Positions 16,159 to 24,671 of a stretch of DNA of 64,000 nucleotides are shown piece after piece (positions within the stretch are counted from its first letter, which is position 1; every line of letters starts with the position of its first letter). This DNA comes from a virus, in IMG/VR virus record IMGVR_UViG_3300003663_000013, one strand, 5' to 3'. The translations under genes and the position numbers were made by a program. The notes beneath the pieces were generated by a model. That model saw only the letters and a program-made list of their open reading frames with translations. It had not been told where the DNA came from and ran no database searches.

Positions 16159-17181
16159 ATGACACACGCTATTCTCTCCAAAAGAACACTCCTAATAGGA
16201 GAAACCGTAAAGTGGTATAAACACACTAAATTATGTACAGGAATAGTCAGAGATGACTTAGATTCCTATATAGTAGTATTATGCATAGATATAGGTGGAG
16301 ATAAGTGTTGTAAGAAGAAAAAAATTAAAAAGGACATATTAATAACTAAAGAACAAGAAAAAATGGACGTAAGAAGAGTATTATTACAGAATCGTTTTAA
16401 AAAGATGACTAAGATTCAACTTTTAGAACAAGTAAAGAACGGTGGTTTAAGTGAATTAGAACAAGAGGTAATCACAGAAATTTTAATCACTAAAGGAACA
16501 ACAAATGCTGAATTAGAAGCATACGATTTAGAAGTTCCTGAAGTAGACGAAACACCAGAACAATCAGACGAAGACATAGAAGATATCAATGAGAGTATTC
16601 AAGTGGAAGGAACAGATAAAGAAGATGAAGATGGTATTGTTGATGAAGAATCAGGAGCGATTATTCCAAATGAAGGAGAAACAGTAAAAGACGGTAAGAT
16701 AATTGAACTATCTGTAGAAGAGAAAGAAGAAAAAGTAGTGTATGAAGACCCTTTAACAGAAGAAGAGATTGAGTTACAGAAGAAACAAGAAGAACAGAGA
16801 AAGAAGAATGAAGAGAAAAAGAAACCTGTAAAAATAGAAGTTAGTAAACCAGTTGAAGTAAGGGAAGAAGTTAAGAAAAGGGTCAATAAAAATAAAGGAT
16901 CGAAGAAAGTTCACTTTACAGAAGACGCCGTTCAATTAATTAATGGTGAAGATGTATTGCAAAAAGTTGAAAATAAAAATAAACAGATTTATTCTGATTT
17001 AGAATCCGGAATATCTCTCAAAATACAAACATCAAGAAGGGATATAGATGGTGTGTTAAAATATATTTTTTATGGTAAGCATGAAAAGGATATAGTGTTG
17101 GTTATAGATAGAGGAAGTGAGAAGCAAAAACGGGTAAAGGTCAATAGCATTAAGAATTTAGAAATAATTAAAAACGCGTAA
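16159..17181 (+). CDS. highly charged (E/K/D-rich) hypothetical protein
   Basis: 340-aa ORF with a long acidic central segment. Confidence 0.55.
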   Translation: MTHAILSKRTLLIGETVKWYKHTKLCTGIVRDDLDSYIVVLCIDIGGDKCCKKKKIKKDILITKEQEKMDVRRVLLQNRFKKMTKIQLLEQVKNGGLSELEQEVITEILITKGTTNAELEAYDLEVPEVDETPEQSDEDIEDINESIQVEGTDKEDEDGIVDEESGAIIPNEGETVKDGKIIELSVEEKEEKVVYEDPLTEEEIELQKKQEEQRKKNEEKKKPVKIEVSKPVEVREEVKKRVNKNKGSKKVHFTEDAVQLINGEDVLQKVENKNKQIYSDLESGISLKIQTSRRDIDGVLKYIFYGKHEKDIVLVIDRGSEKQKRVKVNSIKNLEIIKNA

Positions 17182-17251
17182 TATGATAATAAGAAAATTG
17201 TTTAAATTTGAAGGCTCTCATGTTGTGAGAGATTGTACATAAAACAAAGAA

Positions 17252-17701
17252 ATGTATAGAATATTAGAAAAGATACAGGAATTATTAGAAGAGTCTTTGT
17301 TGTTATATAAAAACAGCAATAGACCATACAATTACATACCTGGTTATATAAAAAGAAGACTTAGTGATTATGATGTAGAGAGTGTATTAAAATATTATAA
17401 AACCGCTAACTTTAATGAATGTATATATAGATTTGTTAATAAAATGAAAGATCCGCAGATTTGTGCCAATAAGAATTGTGTTAAATTTACAAAATATTAT
17501 GGAGCTGGTATAGGTTATTCTAAATATTGTAGTAAGAAATGTCGATCTACCTGTGTTGATCTTAAAGAGATGACATCGTCTAGGTTTAAAGGTAGAGAAA
17601 GTCCTTTGAAAGGTAAGACTTATAAAGAGATATATGGAGATAAGATCCCTAAATGTGGTTTTAAAAAGGCAGAGCTAATCCCAATTACAATCCGATATTG
17701 A
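17252..17701 (+). CDS. homing-endonuclease-like protein, N-terminal part (Cys cluster + NUMOD3-like repeat)
   Basis: CANKNC...CSKKC cluster followed by GKTYKEIYG-type repeats. The frame ends 35 nt after a T4A5 run (17659-17667). Confidence 0.45.
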   Translation: MYRILEKIQELLEESLLLYKNSNRPYNYIPGYIKRRLSDYDVESVLKYYKTANFNECIYRFVNKMKDPQICANKNCVKFTKYYGAGIGYSKYCSKKCRSTCVDLKEMTSSRFKGRESPLKGKTYKEIYGDKIPKCGFKKAELIPITIRY

Positions 17702-18246
17702 AGAAGAAAGCTACTGATTCGTTAAGGAAATATTATGCTGAACATCCGGAAGCTAAGGGATATCGTAGACAACTTATTTATGAAAGAGAACGGTTTTTTA
17801 TAAATAGTGGACGATTAAAATTTCCTAATTCTAAAGGCGAAATGTTTAGATCTTCTCTAGAAGCTCTTTTTTCTGAGTATTTGATAAATAGAGGTGTTAA
17901 ATATCAGTATGAAAAAAGATATAAATTGATCGACGGTAGAGTGAAAGTGGTGGATTTTACTTTATATAATCATATTTTAGTAGAGGTTAGTGGTTATGCT
18001 TTTGATAATTGGAGGAAAAGCTTCTCGTCCAAGATGAGGGTTGTGAGACAAACATTAAATAATCCCATTTTAATATTAACTTATCCTGAAAATTTGGAAT
18101 TTATACACGAAGACTTTGTAATAGGTTTTGATGTATATTTTGAGAATATATATGATGAAGAGAGAATATTTAGAATAATAAATTATATAAACGAAGTTAA
18201 ATTTTTAAATGACAAATATTATGAATGGCAAATGGCAAATAGCTAA
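17698..18246 (+). CDS. homing-endonuclease-like protein, C-terminal part (possible PD-(D/E)XK-like nuclease fold)
   Basis: The -1 frame is open from 17665. Read that way it gives KGRANPNYNPILKKKATDSLRKYYAEHPE, a NUMOD3-like continuation of the upstream ORF. Confidence 0.45.
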   Translation: MKKKATDSLRKYYAEHPEAKGYRRQLIYERERFFINSGRLKFPNSKGEMFRSSLEALFSEYLINRGVKYQYEKRYKLIDGRVKVVDFTLYNHILVEVSGYAFDNWRKSFSSKMRVVRQTLNNPILILTYPENLEFIHEDFVIGFDVYFENIYDEERIFRIINYINEVKFLNDKYYEWQMANS

Positions 18247-18775
18247 AGAGTTTGGCTGCGATTATGGACATAGAGTATGGACACAGCAATTAAATGAAGA
18301 GTATTCTTGTGATAGTAAATGCGTATGTAGGCATTTACACGGTCACCGAGCAACTATTATTGTTTATTTGGAGAGTGATAAACTTGATGAACAGGGGATG
18401 GTTACAGATTTTAAACACTTAAATTGGTTTAAAGAATTTATAGATAGAGTTATAGATCATAAATTTATTATTGATATAAATGACCCTTTACTTAAGTCTG
18501 GGATTTTTTTGAACAATGTTCATAGAGTAAAAGAAGATATTGATGGTGAAGCTTATTATGAAGTAGTTGCTCCTCATGAATATGAGGATATTGACAATAG
18601 TGTCTATGAGTTGTATGAAGGAATGGTTTTTGTAGATTTTGTTCCTACATCTGAAAATCTTTCTAAATGGTTTTTTGAGATCATTCAGAGAAAAATGAAT
18701 AAAATTGGAGTTAAAGTACAGAGAGTACAATTTTACGAGACTCCTAAATCACAAAGTAATTTCATTAAAAATTAA
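18209..18775 (+). CDS. queD: 6-carboxy-5,6,7,8-tetrahydropterin synthase (QueD)
   Basis: KEFGCDYGHRV and CRHLHGH motifs of the PTPS/QueD family. The start may be the ATG at 18221. Confidence 0.8.
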   Translation: MTNIMNGKWQIAKEFGCDYGHRVWTQQLNEEYSCDSKCVCRHLHGHRATIIVYLESDKLDEQGMVTDFKHLNWFKEFIDRVIDHKFIIDINDPLLKSGIFLNNVHRVKEDIDGEAYYEVVAPHEYEDIDNSVYELYEGMVFVDFVPTSENLSKWFFEIIQRKMNKIGVKVQRVQFYETPKSQSNFIKN

Positions 18776-18782
18776 ATAAGAT

Positions 18783-19541
18783 ATGGTAAAAACAATTATT
18801 GCAGGGAATCCAGATTTTAAAAAAGAGATTCCTGAAGGAGAATTATATTTAGATGTTGCAGAATTCTTTTGTGACACAATTCAAGGTGAAAATTTTGTAG
18901 GTTGGCCATCCGCATTCTTACGAGTACAGCACTGTACCCAGTCGTGTATTTGGTGCGATAGTAAAGAAGTTTGGAGATTTGGTAATCCTTATACTTTTAA
19001 TGAACTATTTGAACTCATAGAAGAGGCAGATTTGATTCGTAAATTTAAAGAAGGACAACACTTAGTACTAACAGGTGGATCTCCGGTGAGACAGCAAGAT
19101 GGATTAATAGCATTTATTAATGCTTTCATTGATAAATATGGATTTAAACCTTATATTGAGATTGAAAATGAATCAACTTTAATGCCAAAAGAAGATTTAA
19201 TTGATCTTGTAGATCTATGGAATAACTCACCTAAATTAGAGAGTTCATATAATCCTAAGAATTTTAGATATAATCCGAAAGTTTTAAGTAAATTAGCTTC
19301 TCTGGATAATTCTTGGTTTAAGTTTGTCGTGTATGATGAAGCGGGTTGGAAAGAGATTCAAGAAGATTTCTTAGATACAGGTTTAATTCGAAAAGATCAA
19401 ACAGTATTGATGCCATTAGGTGCTACAAGAGATGAACTTAATCAAAATCGTGAAAAAGTGCTTGAAATAGCAACAAGAGAAAATGTGAGATACTCTACAC
19501 GTGAACACGTGGTTGTTTGGGATCGTATGACTGGCGTATAA
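18783..19541 (+). CDS. queE: 7-carboxy-7-deazaguanine synthase (QueE, radical SAM)
   Basis: TIQGEN...FLRVQHCTQSCIWCDS carries the CxxxCxxC cluster, in a QueE-like N-terminal context. Confidence 0.8.
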   Translation: MVKTIIAGNPDFKKEIPEGELYLDVAEFFCDTIQGENFVGWPSAFLRVQHCTQSCIWCDSKEVWRFGNPYTFNELFELIEEADLIRKFKEGQHLVLTGGSPVRQQDGLIAFINAFIDKYGFKPYIEIENESTLMPKEDLIDLVDLWNNSPKLESSYNPKNFRYNPKVLSKLASLDNSWFKFVVYDEAGWKEIQEDFLDTGLIRKDQTVLMPLGATRDELNQNREKVLEIATRENVRYSTREHVVVWDRMTGV

Positions 19542-19560
19542 TTAAAAAACAAAATAATAG

Positions 19561-20208
19561 ATGTGTGAAATTATATCAGGACAGAACAAGATTCATTCTA
19601 ATGATGAATTAGATGAGAAAAGAAAAGATGTCGAAGAAAAGTATGGAGAATTTTTAACATCTCTAGGATATGATTGGAAGAATGATTCCAATATGAAAGA
19701 TACTCCTAGAAGAGTTGCTAAGATGTATTTAGATGAAGTAACTAAAGGAACCTACACTCCTCGACCTAAGATAACTACTTTTAAGAATCAGACGCATTAC
19801 TCCGGAATGGTTTTTGAAGGAGACATTATAGTGAAATCTTTATGTAGCCATCACATGCAACCTTTTGTAGGTAAAGCACACATAGCTTATATTCCTGGAG
19901 AAAGTGGTAATGTTATTGGATTATCAAAATTAAATAGATTAGTTGATTGGTTTTCAAGAAGACCTCAATTACAGGAGCAGCTTACACAACAAATACATGA
20001 TGAGTTATGTAAAATAATGCCAGACAACCAAGGCGTAGCAGTGATGGTTGAAGCACAACATATGTGTGTTTATTTAAGAGGTATTGAACATAATAGTGTC
20101 ATGAAAACTGCTCAAATGTCAAAAGTTTTTTTTGATAATGAAAAAAGATCCAGAGATGAATTTTATCGTATGATTGCTGATTTAAAAACCAATAAGAATA
20201 TAATATGA
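19561..20208 (+). CDS. folE: GTP cyclohydrolase I (FolE)
   Basis: TPRRVAKMY, CSHHMQPF and QLQEQLT motifs. Confidence 0.85.
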   Translation: MCEIISGQNKIHSNDELDEKRKDVEEKYGEFLTSLGYDWKNDSNMKDTPRRVAKMYLDEVTKGTYTPRPKITTFKNQTHYSGMVFEGDIIVKSLCSHHMQPFVGKAHIAYIPGESGNVIGLSKLNRLVDWFSRRPQLQEQLTQQIHDELCKIMPDNQGVAVMVEAQHMCVYLRGIEHNSVMKTAQMSKVFFDNEKRSRDEFYRMIADLKTNKNII

Positions 20209-20651
20209 TAAGGGTAAAATTTATTAAAACACATGAAGATGCTATTTTGCCATCTAAAAACTACCACGGTAATTCTACTGGTGACGCATGCTATGATTTA
20301 TTTGCTGTGGAAACCGTTAAAATAGCCGCTGGTGAAAATAAAGTAGTGCCTGTAGGTATGAAAGTGGCTTTTATAGAGCCAGGCTATTGGTTAAGAATAG
20401 AGGCTAGAAGTGGAAATGGTTTCAATAAAAATTTAGAACCACACCCTGGCATAATTGATAATGGTTATAGGGGAGATTTAGATATTAAAATATTTAATTT
20501 AGGGAAAGAAGACCAGGTTATAGAAAAAGGTAAAGGAGTTGCGCAATTTTCTATAATCAAAATGATTTCAGCTGATATAAGTTGGTCTCAGGAGATATCA
20601 GATTCTGAAAGAGGCGAAAAAGGTTTGGGGAGTTCAGATAAAAATGAATGA
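20205..20651 (+). CDS. dUTPase-fold nucleotide pyrophosphatase embedded in the deazaguanine cluster
   Basis: All five trimeric dUTPase motifs are present: GDACYDL, ARSG, GIIDNGYRGD, GVAQ and RGEKGLGSS. Motif 5 is diverged. Confidence 0.7.
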   Translation: MIRVKFIKTHEDAILPSKNYHGNSTGDACYDLFAVETVKIAAGENKVVPVGMKVAFIEPGYWLRIEARSGNGFNKNLEPHPGIIDNGYRGDLDIKIFNLGKEDQVIEKGKGVAQFSIIKMISADISWSQEISDSERGEKGLGSSDKNE

Positions 20652-20904
20652 AAAAAGTGACATAAGCAAATCGTTTTTCTTTAAAACTAAAGGTGGGTCT
20701 CAAGGTTATATAGATATTGAAGTCCACCCTCATAAAAATAATCTTCCTATTCATAAAGAAAGGGCAAATAAAAAGCAAGAAGTAAAAGGTAAAAAGGCAA
20801 GAATTGTAGAGCTTTTAGAAAAAAGGTGTAGTTCAAGTGAAATTAAAAAAATCACAGGTTTTAGTTCAGCATATATTAATAAAGTTAAAAATAATAAAGT
20901 ATGA
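20644..20904 (+). CDS. small HTH DNA-binding protein
   Basis: The C-terminal segment RCSSSEIKKITGFSSAYINKVKNN looks like an HTH. Confidence 0.4.
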   Translation: MNEKSDISKSFFFKTKGGSQGYIDIEVHPHKNNLPIHKERANKKQEVKGKKARIVELLEKRCSSSEIKKITGFSSAYINKVKNNKV

Positions 20905-21680
20905 AAAGAAGTCACGAAGTACCAATTTGTTTATTAGAGGAAAGTCGTAAATTTAATGATTTTGATTATGCATTAGTTCATCTATTCTCTGATAATTTTG
21001 AATATTATAATTTCTTTGTAGAATCCTTGAAAATGGGGAGAACGGTTATTTTGGATAATAGTGTCTTTGAATTAGGAGAAGCCTATGAAGAGCAGGAATA
21101 CGCAAGGTGGATAGAGAAATTAGAACCCACTTATTATATAATACCAGATCGTTTTGAGGATAAAAAATTTACAGTGAGTTCTGTAAATAAATGGACAGAG
21201 AGAACTTTCTGCGCTAAACCAATAGGCGTAGTACAGGGAGAAACAATAGATGAATTGTTGGAATGTTATGATGATATAGCAGATAAAGTGGATATTATTG
21301 CAATTAGTTTTGCACAGCCAGCTTTTGAGAAATTATTTCCTTCAATACATAAAGATTGGGCAAGGTCATTAGGTAGAGTATTTTTTGTCAATTCTTTAAT
21401 AAACAAAGGTTTATTGAGAGATTGGAAAAAACATCACTTATTAGGATGCTCTCTTCCACAAGAATTAATATGGTATAAAAACCCTATTTATAATTTTTTA
21501 ACCTCAATTGACACTAGTTCTCCAGTTTTACATACTATATTTGATAAGAAATATGAAAGTTGGGGTTTAAAAGAAAAAATTAAAACAAAGCTTGCTGATT
21601 ATATAAATATTGACAGTTCTTTGATTAATAGTAATTTATTATATTATAATCTTGAGATTTTTAAAAATTTAATGCCATGA
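20901..21680 (+). CDS. dpdA: DpdA-like (TGT-fold) 7-deazaguanine DNA transglycosylase candidate
   Basis: Motif order resembles TGT: ILDNSVFE (DSGGFQ-like), IIPDRF, GVVQGE (GIVQGG-like), HHLLGCS (LMGVG-like) and SIDTSSP. It sits between folE and queC. Confidence 0.6.
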   Translation: MKRSHEVPICLLEESRKFNDFDYALVHLFSDNFEYYNFFVESLKMGRTVILDNSVFELGEAYEEQEYARWIEKLEPTYYIIPDRFEDKKFTVSSVNKWTERTFCAKPIGVVQGETIDELLECYDDIADKVDIIAISFAQPAFEKLFPSIHKDWARSLGRVFFVNSLINKGLLRDWKKHHLLGCSLPQELIWYKNPIYNFLTSIDTSSPVLHTIFDKKYESWGLKEKIKTKLADYINIDSSLINSNLLYYNLEIFKNLMP

Positions 21681-22228
21681 AGATAGCTATTTCAGGGGCA
21701 CAAAATTCTGGTAAAACAACTTTAATCAAGTTAATTAAGGAAAAAGGTAAGACAAAAGGTTACATTTTTTTTGATGAGGTTGTCAGAACTTTAAAGAAGG
21801 AAAAAAATATATCTATAAATAAAGTGGCAGATTTTGATTCTCAAGTCTTGATTTTAGAAAGGCATTTAGAGAATTTAAAAGAAGAAAATTTTATAACAGA
21901 CAGGTGTTTATTAGACGCGTTTGTTTATTCTCATTATTTATACGATAAAGCGTTATACAGTAAGGAGCAAATGGATGTTTTTGAAAAGTTATTCTTGAAA
22001 GGTATTGATAAATATGATTTAATTTTTTTGCAAGATATCGAAGGTATTTCTATTGAAGATGATGGTTTTAGGAGCTTGGATATTAAATTTAGAGAAGACA
22101 TTCATTCCTTATTTTTAAATATATTAAGTATATTTAAAATAAATTATGTAATTTTAGAAGGAACCATAAACCAAAGATATAAAATATTTAATCGGTCTAT
22201 CAATGAGAAAATCAGAAAATATAAGTAA
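21677..22228 (+). CDS. P-loop NTPase / nucleoside(-tide) kinase-like protein
   Basis: N-terminal Walker A ISGAQNSGKTT in a small kinase-like protein. Confidence 0.5.
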   Translation: MKIAISGAQNSGKTTLIKLIKEKGKTKGYIFFDEVVRTLKKEKNISINKVADFDSQVLILERHLENLKEENFITDRCLLDAFVYSHYLYDKALYSKEQMDVFEKLFLKGIDKYDLIFLQDIEGISIEDDGFRSLDIKFREDIHSLFLNILSIFKINYVILEGTINQRYKIFNRSINEKIRKYK

Positions 22229-22730
22229 GTATACAATTGAATGGCAAGTTTTAAGGGTTTCTTTAAAAAATAAGTATAATGATGATTTAGTGTATAAATT
22301 ATCAATAGTAAAAAATTATTTTAATAAAACGAAATCTTATGACAGGTGGGAGAGAGTTTATAATTGGTTGGAAGGTTTAGAAAGAGGGTTTAAGACTCAC
22401 AGTAAATTTCATGAAATATCAATAATTAAGAGTGAGCTAAATTATTATAATGAACACAAGCCAGATAAAAATTATATTTCAAATGAAGATAATTCTTTTA
22501 AAGATTATGATTTGGTTATTTTACAAAAACTATGGAAAGATTTATTTAAGACAAACAAAAATTGGTTAGACAATGGTTATTTTCATAAAGAGTGTAATGA
22601 TTTTATAGATAAGCTATATGAATATTTAAAAAATAAGGTTATATTTGATGATAAGTATTCTTATCAGTGCTTACAAGCATTGAGGAGTAAATCTCTCTTC
22701 ATTCACAATAAACATAAATTCTTTTTTTAA
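22203..22730 (+). CDS. hypothetical protein inside the deazaguanine cluster
   Basis: 175-aa ORF with no recognisable motif. Confidence 0.5.
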   Translation: MRKSENISKYTIEWQVLRVSLKNKYNDDLVYKLSIVKNYFNKTKSYDRWERVYNWLEGLERGFKTHSKFHEISIIKSELNYYNEHKPDKNYISNEDNSFKDYDLVILQKLWKDLFKTNKNWLDNGYFHKECNDFIDKLYEYLKNKVIFDDKYSYQCLQALRSKSLFIHNKHKFFF

Positions 22731-22744
22731 TTAAAATTTATAGT

Positions 22745-24370
22745 ATGAAAAAAGCAGTAGTAGTATTTTCAGGAGGTCAGGACTCTACAACCTGTCTAGG
22801 ATGGGCTTTAAAAAATTTTGATGAAGTTGAAGCGATAACATTTAATTATGGACAAAAGCATTCAATAGAATTAGAGCAAGCTAAATCTATTTGTGAGAAA
22901 CATGGTGTAAATCAGACTTTAATAGATATTTCGTTTTTAAATACATTGGTTGATTCTGCTTTAACAAGCAACGGAGATGTTAATAAGACACATCCGAGAT
23001 TAAAATATCTCCCTGCAAGTTTTGTTCCTAATAGGAATGCATTGTTTTTAACTTTAGCTCATGCTTATGCACAAAAAATTGGAGCAGAGACTTTAGTGAC
23101 GGGCGTGTGTGAAACTGATTATTGTGTGACGGGAGATACGTTGATAGATTGTCCAAGAGATTTATCTATTTATCCTCAAGGTATCCCTATAAAGGAATTG
23201 GTAGGGAAAGAGTTTTTAACATGGTCATGGGATGTACAGAAGCAAAAAACAGTTTTAAAAAGAGCGTTTAATGTAAGAAAAACTTATGATGAAACAGATA
23301 TATATGAAGTTAAATATACTTGGGGAGTGGGTAAGAGTAAGAGGTTTGGCTCAGTAAAAGCTACATCGGATCATAGATTTCTACTTACATCTGGTAAATA
23401 TGTTAAATTGAAAGATTTAAAGAACGGAGATTCATTACAAACCTTTCATTCGACCTATGATAAAAAATATAGATTAATAACATCTGAACCCACCAAAGTG
23501 CAATATGAACATAAGTTAATCGTTTCTTTATTAAACAATATAAATATAGCATCAGATTGGGTTTCTCATCACAAAGATCATAATCCATATAATAATAATG
23601 TTGATAATTTACAGAAAATGGATTTTTCTATACATATGTCTCATCACACTAAACAAAGCTGGGAAAGTGGATTGCTTAAAGTAAACAATACTTTTATCAA
23701 TAACAATCCCATGAATTATAAAAAATATAGAGATAAAGTCTCTCAAAAAAAGAAAGAGTGGTGGGATAATTTATTACAAGAAGATAGACAGAGAATGTCT
23801 AATAAATCAAGTGTTAGTATGAAAAAAAGAATGGAATCAAATGATTATATAAATCCATCTAACCTACCAGGTGTTAAATTTAAGCAGAGATATGCTAGAT
23901 ACAAGTATTATAATAATAGAGATGGAATGGAAATGGTTAAGAAAGAAGCTGAAATAGCTGGATTTAGTGTAAATCATAAAGTAGTTTCTATTGAATATAT
24001 TGGTCGAGATTCAGCATACGATATGGAGGTAGAAGATACACATAATTTCGTAGCTAACGATATTTTTATTCATAACAGCGGATACCCTGATTGTAGAAAT
24101 ATATTTATTGAGTCATTACAAGAATCTTTACATTTAGCTTCAGATGTTTTAATAAAAATTGAAACACCTTTAATGTACTTAGATAAGGCAGATACATTTA
24201 AGATGGCTGATGATATAGGTATTTTAAATGACGTTATTAATTTATCTCACACTTGTTATAATGGAGATCACAAGACTAAGAATGAATGGGGATATGGATG
24301 TGGTGAGTGTCCTGCTTGTCAAGTTAGAAAAAGGGGCTATGAAGAGTATTTAAATAGATATAAAAAATAA
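22745..24370 (+). CDS. queC: 7-cyano-7-deazaguanine synthase (QueC), interrupted by an intein
   Basis: PP-loop VVFSGGQDST. The exteins join as GVCETDY|SGYPDCR, the canonical QueC motif. C-terminal Zn motif CGECPAC. Confidence 0.85.
   Translation: MKKAVVVFSGGQDSTTCLGWALKNFDEVEAITFNYGQKHSIELEQAKSICEKHGVNQTLIDISFLNTLVDSALTSNGDVNKTHPRLKYLPASFVPNRNALFLTLAHAYAQKIGAETLVTGVCETDYCVTGDTLIDCPRDLSIYPQGIPIKELVGKEFLTWSWDVQKQKTVLKRAFNVRKTYDETDIYEVKYTWGVGKSKRFGSVKATSDHRFLLTSGKYVKLKDLKNGDSLQTFHSTYDKKYRLITSEPTKVQYEHKLIVSLLNNINIASDWVSHHKDHNPYNNNVDNLQKMDFSIHMSHHTKQSWESGLLKVNNTFINNNPMNYKKYRDKVSQKKKEWWDNLLQEDRQRMSNKSSVSMKKRMESNDYINPSNLPGVKFKQRYARYKYYNNRDGMEMVKKEAEIAGFSVNHKVVSIEYIGRDSAYDMEVEDTHNFVANDIFIHNSGYPDCRNIFIESLQESLHLASDVLIKIETPLMYLDKADTFKMADDIGILNDVINLSHTCYNGDHKTKNEWGYGCGECPACQVRKRGYEEYLNRYKK
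23123..24076 (+). mobile_element. intein (318 aa) with HNH-type endonuclease insert in QueC
   Basis: Starts with Cys (CVTGDTLID) and ends FIHN, followed by Ser +1. The internal segment SHHKDHNPYNNNVDNLQKMDFSIHMSHH looks HNH-like. No LAGLIDADG blocks were seen. Confidence 0.8.
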
Positions 24371-24374
24371 TAAA

Positions 24375-24671
24375 ATGGAACAAAAATATAAAAAATTACC
24401 AACCATTTTTAAGAAGAATGGTTATTATTATAGAGTCTTAGATAGAACTGAAACTACTGCAATTGTAGAGCAATGTGTTGCAGAACGAGCCGATCCTTTC
24501 TGTTATGAGGTTTTTTATATTAAAAAGCAAGATGAGATGGATGTAAATATTGGTGGCGTTGATGTGCATTATGAAGCTAAAGAAAATCCCCCATCTAACG
24601 AAGATTTTGGGAAAACTGCTTGGAGTATTAGAGATAGAGATAAGGCCTTAAAACTATTTAAGCAATTATGA
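24375..24671 (+). CDS. hypothetical protein
   Basis: 98-aa ORF between queC and dnaE. Confidence 0.5.
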   Translation: MEQKYKKLPTIFKKNGYYYRVLDRTETTAIVEQCVAERADPFCYEVFYIKKQDEMDVNIGGVDVHYEAKENPPSNEDFGKTAWSIRDRDKALKLFKQL

